NCBI GenBank assembly: GCA_031411295.1
Contig: JANOAV010000038.1
Span: 1-64,000 of the forward strand
Origin: Verrucomicrobiales bacterium
GTDB lineage: Bacteria > Verrucomicrobiota > Verrucomicrobiia > Verrucomicrobiales > V1-33
Direction of reading: 5' to 3'
DNA length: 64,000 nucleotides
Numbering within the stretch: the first letter of the stretch is position 1; every line of letters starts with the position of its first letter. The notes below the pieces were generated by a model, which worked only from the letters and a program-made list of their open reading frames with translations, searched no databases and was not told the origin of the DNA. Shown here piece by piece: positions 29,784-37,722 of this stretch. A program made the position numbers and the translations under genes.

Positions 29784-30779
29784 ATGCATTGGCTGCATCA
29801 ATCCCGCGTCCCGCTCTACCTTGCCCCCATGGCGGGAGTGACGGATTTTGTCTTCCGCAAAATTTGCAAGGAATTGGGAGCCGATGTGATGGTGACCGAG
29901 TTCGTCAGTGCGGAGGGGATTATCCGGCGGGACGACCGCACCCGTAAATACACCGAGTTCACGGACGAGCAGCGCCCGCTGGGCGTGCAACTGTTCGGGG
30001 CGAACCCCACCGCGCTCGCAGAAGCGGCCAAAAAGGTGATCGATTGGAAGCAGCCAGATTTCATTGACTTAAATTTCGGCTGTCCCGTGAGCAAGGTGGT
30101 TTCCAAAAATGGCGGTTCCTCACTGCTGCGGGACTGCCCCACCTTGGCCGCAGTGGCCCGCACGGTAGCACAAGCCGTGCCCATTCCGGTCACGGCCAAA
30201 ATGCGCATCGGTTGGGATGCACAGAGCATTAACGCCAAGGAGGTGTGTCACATTCTGGAGGATTGCGGGATGGCCGCCATTGCCATCCACGGCAGAACCA
30301 AGGCGCAAGGCTACACGGGTGAAGCAAATTGGGACGTGATTGGGGAATGCACGGACTCGGTGAAAATTCCCGTTATCGGCAATGGTGATATTGCCAACGG
30401 AGCGGACGTAGCGCGTCGGCTGCGGGAAACGAATGTCCGCGGACTCATGATTGGTCGGGCCGCCATGAATAATCCGTGGTTCTTCCAAGAAGCCCGCGCC
30501 TACCTGGAAACCGGCCTCATGCCGCCCCCTGTGCCCGTGGCCACGCGCTGGAAAATGATTCGTCGCCATTGCCAAATGGCCTTGGAATCAGGTCGCTATG
30601 GTGAGGAACGCTACACGATGCAAACGATGCGGACGCGCCTAATGGCTTACACCAAGGGGCTCCCCGGCGGCAAACATCTGCGCAACCAGTTCTGCCATGT
30701 CAGCTCCATCATGGAACTGGAAGACATTGCTGCGGAGCACCTACGATCGCTGGAGACTGGGTTGGTGGCAGTGGAATGA
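29784..30779 (+). CDS. dusB: tRNA dihydrouridine synthase DusB
   Basis: LAPMAGVTD, IDLNFGCPVSKV, VTAKMRIGWD, IHGRT, VIGNGDI, MIGRAA. Confidence 0.93.
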   Translation: MHWLHQSRVPLYLAPMAGVTDFVFRKICKELGADVMVTEFVSAEGIIRRDDRTRKYTEFTDEQRPLGVQLFGANPTALAEAAKKVIDWKQPDFIDLNFGCPVSKVVSKNGGSSLLRDCPTLAAVARTVAQAVPIPVTAKMRIGWDAQSINAKEVCHILEDCGMAAIAIHGRTKAQGYTGEANWDVIGECTDSVKIPVIGNGDIANGADVARRLRETNVRGLMIGRAAMNNPWFFQEARAYLETGLMPPPVPVATRWKMIRRHCQMALESGRYGEERYTMQTMRTRLMAYTKGLPGGKHLRNQFCHVSSIMELEDIAAEHLRSLETGLVAVE

Positions 30780-30793
30780 TCCAGCAACCAAGC

Positions 30794-32422
30794 TTACCGC
30801 AAACCAGTCAGCAGCAGTTCCGCATTATTCTGCGTGGCCCGCAAATGCTTCGTGAGCACTTCCATGGCCTCGCCCGCAGGGAGTTGCGCGAGTTGACGAC
30901 GGATGGCGCTGATGCGGCGGAATTCGTCTGGATGATAGAGCAGATCGTCCTTGCGCGTGCCGGTCTTGGAAATATTGATGGCTGGGTAAATGCGGCGTTC
31001 CACCAATTCACGATCCAGCGTGACTTCCATATTACCCTTGCCTTTGAATTCCTCGAAGATGACCTCATCCATCTTGCTTTCCGTCTCGATGAGAGCCGTG
31101 GCCAGCACGGTTAGGCTGCCGCCTTCTTCAACTTTACGCGCCGTGCCGAAAAATTTCCCGGCCTTCTGCAACGCTTGCGGAGTCATGCCGCCAGATCCCA
31201 GCGGGGTGTTACCGCGCACGCAGTTGTTATAGCCACGGCTGAGGCGGGTGATACTGTCCAACAACACGACCACGTCCCGGCCCATTTCCACGAGACGCTT
31301 GGCGCGTTCCATCACGAGTTCCGCCACTTGCTGGTGGCGCTCGGCGGGTTCGTCGAATGTGGAAGCCGTCACGTGACACGTGGGTGACTGTTGCACCGTT
31401 TCTTGGAAATCGGTCACTTCTTCCGGGCGTTCGTCCAGCAGCAGGATCATCAACTCGATCTCAGGATGATTCTGTTGAATCGATTGCGCTATATCCTTGA
31501 GCAGGACGGTCTTGCCGCCCCGCGGCGGGGCGCAAATCAAGCCGCGCTGACCTTTGCCCAGCGGCGCAATGATGTCCACGCAGCGCACACTGACGCTCTT
31601 GGTTTTGCGATTCTCCAGCACGATCCGTTCGTTAGGGAAAAGGGGGGTTAATTTATCGAAGGGCGTTGGCGGCTCCCATGTTTCGGCGGGCTTGCCTTCG
31701 ATGGAGTTAACTTGATCCAGAATCATCAGGCGATCCCGTGGGTGGCTGGGCCCACGCACCATTCCAGTGAGCATTTGCCCCGGGCGCAGTTGATATTTCC
31801 GCACCACGGCCATGGGGACGAAAATATCGTCTGGATGTGGCTTGAAGTTATATTTCTCATCCCGCAGCACCCCGGAACCATCCTTGGCGATTTCCAAAAT
31901 GCCCGTGGCCTCGATCACCGTGCCGCGTTTGGCGAAATAGACCAGAATGTCGAAGACCAACTGATGCTTGGATCGACTTCCGCCAACACGCAGGCCGAGC
32001 GTCGCTCCCAGATCATACAGTTGGGTCAGCGTTTGGACTTGATACTCATTGAGGGTTACCCGCTCTGGGACGGGGGGCTCGATGACCGCAGGCGGAGGTT
32101 CTGGGGCCGGCAGCTCTGCCGCCATCGGTTCTGGCTCTGGGCTTGCCGCCGCAACCGATGTTTCCACGGGTGGTTCGGCGGCGGCCTCGGGGATGATTGC
32201 GTTTGCGACTTCTACGGCGGGAACGGGCTCGGTGCTGGTCGCTTGCTCTTGAGCCTGCGGTTTCGTTTCGGGTTCGTCTGTCTGGTGGATTGGTTCTGCT
32301 GGAGGCGCGTCCACCAAGGGAGCAGATTTCGCTGCCTTGGCCGTCTTGGCCGATGCCCGGGGCTTTTTGGGTTTCAGGGGTGCTTCTGGGAGCGCGGAGG
32401 GGAGTTCGTTAGTAGTAACCAT
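30794..32422 (-). CDS. rho: Transcription termination factor Rho with a long low-complexity N-terminus
   Basis: [62 protein letters not shown]. Confidence 0.97.
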   Translation of the reverse strand: MVTTNELPSALPEAPLKPKKPRASAKTAKAAKSAPLVDAPPAEPIHQTDEPETKPQAQEQATSTEPVPAVEVANAIIPEAAAEPPVETSVAAASPEPEPMAAELPAPEPPPAVIEPPVPERVTLNEYQVQTLTQLYDLGATLGLRVGGSRSKHQLVFDILVYFAKRGTVIEATGILEIAKDGSGVLRDEKYNFKPHPDDIFVPMAVVRKYQLRPGQMLTGMVRGPSHPRDRLMILDQVNSIEGKPAETWEPPTPFDKLTPLFPNERIVLENRKTKSVSVRCVDIIAPLGKGQRGLICAPPRGGKTVLLKDIAQSIQQNHPEIELMILLLDERPEEVTDFQETVQQSPTCHVTASTFDEPAERHQQVAELVMERAKRLVEMGRDVVVLLDSITRLSRGYNNCVRGNTPLGSGGMTPQALQKAGKFFGTARKVEEGGSLTVLATALIETESKMDEVIFEEFKGKGNMEVTLDRELVERRIYPAINISKTGTRKDDLLYHPDEFRRISAIRRQLAQLPAGEAMEVLTKHLRATQNNAELLLTGLR

Positions 32423-33015
32423 TTGATAAAAATATGAGTTTGTTGGGCGAGTGCCTGCGGGGTGCCACCGTTCCAGAGGACGACGGTAGCGCGATTGGCT
32501 TTCTCTAAAATTGGGATTTGGGCAGCGAGGCGGGAATCGATTTGGTGGGGAGCGTGGTTGGGGCTGCGGGCCAGGAGGCGCTCGCGTTGGGTGCGGGGGT
32601 CACAGGCGATAACGATTTGGTGGTCGGCGGCAAACGGAAATCCAGTTTCGTAAAAGAGCGGAATATCTGCCACAAAGAACCGGGCGGTGGCCTGAGCGCC
32701 CTGCTGAGCCGCAGTGCAGGCTTGACGCACGAGTGGGTGGAGAATTTCTTCCAAGAGGCGGCGTTTGCCAGCGTCCTGAAACACCAGCGCGCTGGTGCGG
32801 TTGCGATCGAGACTTCCGTCGGCGGCTTGCAAATCAGTTCCGAGCGACGCGGAAATCTTTCCCACAATGTCTGGTCTTGTCAACTGTTCTTGCACACAAG
32901 CGTCGGCATCGAAAAAGACCCCCTCTGGCAAGTGCTGTCGCAACAGCGCACAAAAGGACGATTTTCCCGTAGCGATCCCGCCCGTGACGAGGAGGTTAGT
33001 GAGTTTAGTTTTCAG
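32374..33015 (-). CDS. coaE: Dephospho-CoA kinase (probable CTG start)
   Basis: The in-frame extension above the ORF-track start gives LVTGGIATGKS (P-loop); then FDAD, LDR, ILHPLV, DIPLFYE. Confidence 0.9.
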   Translation of the reverse strand: MKTKLTNLLVTGGIATGKSSFCALLRQHLPEGVFFDADACVQEQLTRPDIVGKISASLGTDLQAADGSLDRNRTSALVFQDAGKRRLLEEILHPLVRQACTAAQQGAQATARFFVADIPLFYETGFPFAADHQIVIACDPRTQRERLLARSPNHAPHQIDSRLAAQIPILEKANRATVVLWNGGTPQALAQQTHIFIKWLLLTNSPPRSQKHP

Positions 33016-33030
33016 TCAAATTCATTAGAG

Positions 33031-33058
33031 ACTGAAAACTGAAATCTGAAAACGGAAA
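33031..33058. repeat. Heptamer tandem repeat (ACTGAAA-like x4)
   Basis: ACTGAAA ACTGAAA TCTGAAA ACGGAAA, with an inverted TTTTCAGT at 33009-33016. Confidence 0.55.
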
Positions 33059-33067
33059 ATTTCCCCT

Positions 33068-33307
33068 TCAAGCTGGCCATCGCCAGAACCCCGGCCAGTC
33101 ATCAAAATCCAGCACCCGCCGATCCTCAATGTAAAGGCCATACAAGGCGGTCGCATCCACGGAATGCAGCACCACCCGCCAGCGCTGACCATCGACCATT
33201 GCGACACAGAGCAGGGCATCGTCCGTCGCGCTGGCACGCCAGATAACATCCCGACAAAGTTCGGGATGGAGGTGCCATAGCGTGGAGTTTGAAATTAAAG
33301 TGGGCAT
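33068..33307 (-). CDS. Small hypothetical protein
   Basis: 79-aa ORF with Trp-rich, protein-like sequence (VDGQRWRV..LYGLYIE..DFDDWP..W), co-oriented upstream of coaE. Confidence 0.6.
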   Translation of the reverse strand: MPTLISNSTLWHLHPELCRDVIWRASATDDALLCVAMVDGQRWRVVLHSVDATALYGLYIEDRRVLDFDDWPGFWRWPA

Positions 33308-33419
33308 GGTCGAGATAGCAGTGGAATCAGAAATACGTGTAGCTTATTAACGGACTTGAGACGGATTTGTTGCGCCCAATGTTCAGATTTTACGAAGGAA
33401 ACACGAATTTAGGGGATTC

Positions 33420-33523
33420 CCCGAGCGCTAGCCACGGAATTCACCCTGCGGGAGGTGCAAGCTTACCCAGGTCCGCCCTACCCGCAGCCAACGGTGAACC
33501 GAAAGCCGACCCAACTGCTCGGG
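33420..33523. other. Long imperfect hairpin (structured RNA or REP-like element)
   Basis: Nested complementary blocks CCCGAGC/GCTCGGG, CGG/CCG, TTCACC/GGTGAA and CTGCGGG/CCCGCAG. Confidence 0.45.
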
Positions 33524-33650
33524 CCAATGAGGCCAATGAGGCGGTTGCCGCAAAATGAGCTTGACGCTGCAATCTGCCACCTGTTAGCAATGAATTCACT
33601 GGGCCCGTCTCGTGGTCTCGCAGCTCATCCAACCAAACCAACAATTACCC

Positions 33651-34083
33651 ATGCGCGGACTCATTACTCTAATTATATTAACCATCGTAGGGCCCGCACT
33701 GACCTATGTGGGACTCCAGAACAAAGCCCTGAATGAACGGCTCAATACTGAGGGGAAAACTGCCGTCGGGGAAATTGTTGGTGGAGAATGGAAAAAAAGC
33801 CGGAAGGGCAGCAAGACCTACACCTTTGATGTGGCGTTCAAACCGGAGAGCGGCCCAGTAGTGAATAAAAAAAATGAAAGTGAACAACACTTACTTCAAC
33901 GCCCACGCGGCGGGCGATGCCATTACGAACCCCGAGACCACGGTGCGCTATAACCCAGCGCAGCCGGAGGAGGAATCCATCATCGAAGGCCAGGGTGAGG
34001 ATTTATCATTCATGATTTATCTTGGCCCAGTGCTGGCGCTGATCGGGATAGGTGGCCTCATTTACAAATTCAAAAAGCGTTGA
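33651..34083 (+). CDS. DUF3592-like two-TM membrane protein, split by a frameshift in an A8 run (33867-33874)
   Basis: TM - GKTAVGEIV..KTYTFDVAF in one frame, then TVRYNPAQPEES - TM - KFKKR in the next. A7 joins them (VNKKMKVNN). Confidence 0.7.
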
Positions 34084-34137
34084 TCGAGGAGCGGGCAGGG
34101 TTGCTAAAAAACGAGCGCAACACCGTAATTTTTCAGC

Positions 34138-34165
34138 TTGCCGAATTCACCAGACAAGATAAACT
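34138..34165 (+). promoter_or_regulatory. Putative sigma70 promoter upstream of infC
   Basis: TTGCCG-N16-TAAACT. Confidence 0.4.
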
Positions 34166-34419
34166 CCACCCGTTGATCACTCCTATCCCTAGTGCAATTT
34201 CCCGTTTTGCCGCTGCTTCCGCAGCAGGCGCGCCTAACCGTGACCCAATGTCCGGGCGCATTGCCAGGAAGGTGAATTTATAAACGCATGATTCGGACCT
34301 CCTTGTTGCGTCAGTGTGCGTTGGGATTCTCTAGCCTTGAGAGATCTTCTGGCTCCACTGCTGTGGAATCCAATTATTTTCGTTCAAACATCAGCACCTA
34401 ACTCAGTTACCCCCACCAC

Positions 34420-35256
34420 ATTATCATTACGCCTCCTCCCTCCACCCCCAACCCTTCCACGCTTATAGCTACTCCGCCTCCTTCCAATTCCGGTCCTCCG
34501 TCGGGACCACGTCCGCCCTACAACAACAACAGTAGCGGCGGCAATTCAGGTTATAACAATAATCGGAATCCCCGCGGGCGTGACATGACGCGTATCAATG
34601 ATCGCATCCGCGCTCCGAAAGTCCGCGTGGTCGATGGTGATTCGAATCAACAGATCGGGGTCATGTCCCCGCAGGAAGCGTTAATTATTGCGCGGCAGCG
34701 TGGGTTGGATTTGGTGGAAGTGTCAGCCGAGGCCAAGCCTCCCGTGTGTAAAATCGTTAGCTACGGCAAGTGGAAGTATCAACAGTCGAAGCAAAAAGTG
34801 AAAGCCAAGAGTTCTGGCGGCAAAGTGAAGGAAGTGAAATTCCGCATCAACATTTCCCCGCACGACTACGGCATCAAACTCTCTCACGCGGAGGAATTTC
34901 TCGATCACAACAACAAGCTGCGTATTCACTTGCAATTCAAAGGCCGGGAAATGGCGCACCAGGAACTCGGATTCGAGCTGATGAAGCGGATTGCGGAGGA
35001 CCTCAAAGGCATGGGCCATGTGGATCTCATGCCGAAGCAAGCCGGGCGCAGCATCAGTATGATGCTCAGCCCCCTGGCCACCCATCTGCGCCATCGTAAG
35101 TTCGCCAAGCCTGTCACAGAGTATATCGAGACCGAAGAATTCGATGACGAAGAGGAGCATCATGAGACCCATGTTCACACGTTGAACCTGGAAGAAATTC
35201 TCGACAAAATGGAAGGCGAAGCCACCGAACGCAAAGGCAAGAAGCCCCGCGGCTGA
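34420..35256 (+). CDS. infC: Translation initiation factor IF-3 (probable non-AUG start)
   Basis: RINDRIRAPKVRVV, LDLVEVS..AKPPVCKI..YGKWKY, KEVKFR, HDY, FKGREMAH. The frame is open from TAA 34399-34401, with ATT codons at 34420 and 34426 and the first ATG only at 34585. Confidence 0.93.
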   Translation: MIITPPPSTPNPSTLIATPPPSNSGPPSGPRPPYNNNSSGGNSGYNNNRNPRGRDMTRINDRIRAPKVRVVDGDSNQQIGVMSPQEALIIARQRGLDLVEVSAEAKPPVCKIVSYGKWKYQQSKQKVKAKSSGGKVKEVKFRINISPHDYGIKLSHAEEFLDHNNKLRIHLQFKGREMAHQELGFELMKRIAEDLKGMGHVDLMPKQAGRSISMMLSPLATHLRHRKFAKPVTEYIETEEFDDEEEHHETHVHTLNLEEILDKMEGEATERKGKKPRG

Positions 35257-35303
35257 ACCCTTCCATGCGGAGCGAAGTTCAACTACGCGAGGCGTTGAAG
35301 TCC

Positions 35304-36158
35304 TCAAACGAGCGCTTTCAGCGCCTCTGCAAAAGTAGGATAGCGAAATTCAAATCCGGCCGCTAAAGCCGCGCGCGGTTCCGCACGCACACTGTCCAGA
35401 AAAATGCTGCCCATGCCACCCGGCAACAGCTTCAGCGCGAACGCTGGGGTCGGAAAGATCGCTGGGCGATGCACTGCCTTCGCTAGTGCGGTCGTCAATG
35501 CTTGATTCCTCAGCGCTCCCGGAGCCACTCCGTTAATGATTCCGCTAACCTGGGCCTGTTCCACCGCAAACAAGAGCAACCGGACGGCATCCTCCACCTG
35601 GATCCACGCCACCCATTGCTGGCCGCTGCCCAAACGGCCTCCCAGTCCCAGTCGGAATACTTTGCGCTGCAGCGGCCAACCGCCGGCATCCTTGCCTAGC
35701 ACCATCCCCAGTCGCACCACCACGGTGCGGGCGAAATCCCCTGCCTCCTTCACGGCTGCCTCCCAGTCTCGGACCACCTCCCCCAAAAAACCCGCTCCTT
35801 GCGGGGAGGTTTCATCCAGCACCTCATCTCCGCGATCCCCGTAAAACGAGATCCCCGAGGCGGAGACTAAAATTTTCGGCGGATCCGGCAAGGCTCGCAT
35901 CGCTGTCACGATGCGTTGGGTTAGATCGATCCGACTTTCCCTAATCCGTTGTTTCTTCGCTGCGGTCCACAAACCCAGCACGCTTTCGCCTACCAGATGC
36001 ACCACCGCATCCAGGCCAGAGAAATCCAATTTGGCCACATCCCGTTGCCCTTCCCGGGGATGGCGGGAAAAGCCCACGACAGTGTGTCCGGCCGCTACCG
36101 CAAGCTTGGTGAAATGCTGCCCTAAAAATCCTGATGCTCCAGTTAGTCCTATGATCAT
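35304..36158 (-). CDS. TIGR01777 family NAD-dependent epimerase-like oxidoreductase (YfcH-like)
   Basis: TGASGFLG, SRIDLT, FYGDRG, GFLGEVVRDWE, GGRLGSGQQWVAWI, GFEFRYP. Confidence 0.9.
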   Translation of the reverse strand: MIIGLTGASGFLGQHFTKLAVAAGHTVVGFSRHPREGQRDVAKLDFSGLDAVVHLVGESVLGLWTAAKKQRIRESRIDLTQRIVTAMRALPDPPKILVSASGISFYGDRGDEVLDETSPQGAGFLGEVVRDWEAAVKEAGDFARTVVVRLGMVLGKDAGGWPLQRKVFRLGLGGRLGSGQQWVAWIQVEDAVRLLLFAVEQAQVSGIINGVAPGALRNQALTTALAKAVHRPAIFPTPAFALKLLPGGMGSIFLDSVRAEPRAALAAGFEFRYPTFAEALKALV

Positions 36159-36210
36159 ACCTCCAGCTTACGTCGCTCCATGGACGGGGGAAGCGAAATT
36201 TTGTTGCTGA

Positions 36211-36277
36211 AAAACACGTGAACCGCCCTCCATTCATCTGCTTTGATCGCAGCGTGAAGGAGGGCGGATCGTGTTTT
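36211..36277 (-). terminator. Long hairpin, probable (bidirectional) terminator after the di-heme oxidoreductase gene
   Basis: AAAACACG..CCGCCCTCC..TTCA..CTGC / GCAG..TGAA..GGAGGGCGG..CGTGTTTT, with A/T tracts at both ends. Confidence 0.6.
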
Positions 36278-36308
36278 GGGGGAGTTGCGTTTGGTGGGGG
36301 AAAACGGG

Positions 36309-37583
36309 TTACAGACTCTTCAAGAAGTCCAGCAATTGCTGCTTCTGCGTGGTGGAAAGCTTTTGATAGCGCTCACGGGAAGCTTTCGCTTCACCATCAT
36401 GCGCCATTATCGCCACGTCGATGTTAGGGGCGCGACCATCGTGCAGATAGGGAGCGCTGGCTCGCAGACCCCAGAGCGGGGCGGTGCGCATTTCCCGGGC
36501 TCCGGCTTCACCCTGAACAATGCCATCGCCCAGACGGCCCATGTCATGGACTAGCAGATCAGAATAAAGATTCACCTGCTTCTGACTCAAGGCCAATACA
36601 GCGTGTCGCCCGGTGGTCATCGTGGGCACGTGGCAGACCGCACAATTCAGTTGGCTGAAAATTTGGCGGCCCTGACTGGCTGACTGCGTTAGTGGCAACG
36701 GTTGCGGCGGAGCCAGCAAGCGCATGAAACTAGCCGCCGCATCGATATCACCCCGTCCAGTTAGTGGATCGACGGTGTCCTCGGGATCCGCTACCAAATC
36801 GAACACCGCCAGCTTCGCCAAATCTCCGTTGGGCGCGTTCTCGGTGGGGAAGAGTCGGCTCGTAATCCCCATCTCATTGACATAGGCATCTCCTGCAAAC
36901 GTCAGCAGATCCGCCTGCTGACATTTCCAGCCGAACTTTCCCACCCGGATTTTGCCAGTGGCTACGTCCATAACTTTGACGGCATGACCTCGAATTCCGT
37001 CGCTGGGCGGACGCAGGGCATTGCGAAGGATGATTTCGTCAGGGATCGCCTCAATTAAACCCAGCCCGAACAGGGGAGTGGATTGCCGATTTGCGGTAAC
37101 GTTTGCCGCCAAGGGCACCACTTCCAAGATGGATTGGTCGATGGCGTTGTCCTGCAGCAGAGAGCCCCCCAGATCCGCCAGGGCATCAAAGTTGCCATTT
37201 TCGGTTCGTCCGAAGCGGGTCACCACAATGGCACTCGCACCACCAGTGCCGCCGCTGTTGTGACAGGCCACACAGGAAATATTGTTAAAAATTGGCCCCA
37301 AGCCACCGGCCGCATCTTCTTCATGCTCGAATTCATCGAGCCCTTCGGTAAATTCCTGTAGTTGGGTCTTCGTTAGCCCCGGCAAGGGATCGCCTAGCAC
37401 TGGCAGAGGGTTGGCATTGGCAGCCAGCCTGGGTGCGGGCTTGAATCGCTTTGCAGGAAACACTGGCGATCCATGGGGTGGTTGCGAAGCTCCCGCCGAC
37501 TGCTGCGCCTGCCCCGATTCCGAGGCGGCTAACAGGCTGAAGAGCAGAGGGAGCACGATTGGGGGAATGGTATTAGTTTTCAT
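36309..37583 (-). CDS. Di-heme oxidoreductase (DHOR family), secreted
   Basis: Signal peptide; GLGPIFN..SCVACH, PLFGLGLIEAI, GKFGWK, AYVNEMGIT, NCAVCH, YSDLLVHDMG, RTAPLWGL, YLHDGRA. Confidence 0.9.
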   Translation of the reverse strand: MKTNTIPPIVLPLLFSLLAASESGQAQQSAGASQPPHGSPVFPAKRFKPAPRLAANANPLPVLGDPLPGLTKTQLQEFTEGLDEFEHEEDAAGGLGPIFNNISCVACHNSGGTGGASAIVVTRFGRTENGNFDALADLGGSLLQDNAIDQSILEVVPLAANVTANRQSTPLFGLGLIEAIPDEIILRNALRPPSDGIRGHAVKVMDVATGKIRVGKFGWKCQQADLLTFAGDAYVNEMGITSRLFPTENAPNGDLAKLAVFDLVADPEDTVDPLTGRGDIDAAASFMRLLAPPQPLPLTQSASQGRQIFSQLNCAVCHVPTMTTGRHAVLALSQKQVNLYSDLLVHDMGRLGDGIVQGEAGAREMRTAPLWGLRASAPYLHDGRAPNIDVAIMAHDGEAKASRERYQKLSTTQKQQLLDFLKSL

Positions 37584-37722
37584 ACGCCACAACGTATTCC
37601 AGTTACCTGAAGTCCACGTGAAGACGTAATCTATTTGGGATTATTTCGCCACCGCGAGAAAACTACGGGCACGGCAGCACTCCCGAGCCTGCACTGCGGG
37701 TGGTTCGTGCTCGCAGCCACTG

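Noticed and set aside
33420..33523. Hairpin as SRP RNA or 6S RNA
   Set aside because: It lacks the SRP GNRA loop with AGCAG and is too short for a typical 6S RNA; kept only as an unassigned structure.
33367..33558. ORF ending ANEANEAVAAK as a tmRNA tag
   Set aside because: It ends in Lys rather than AA, and no tRNA-like ends were found.
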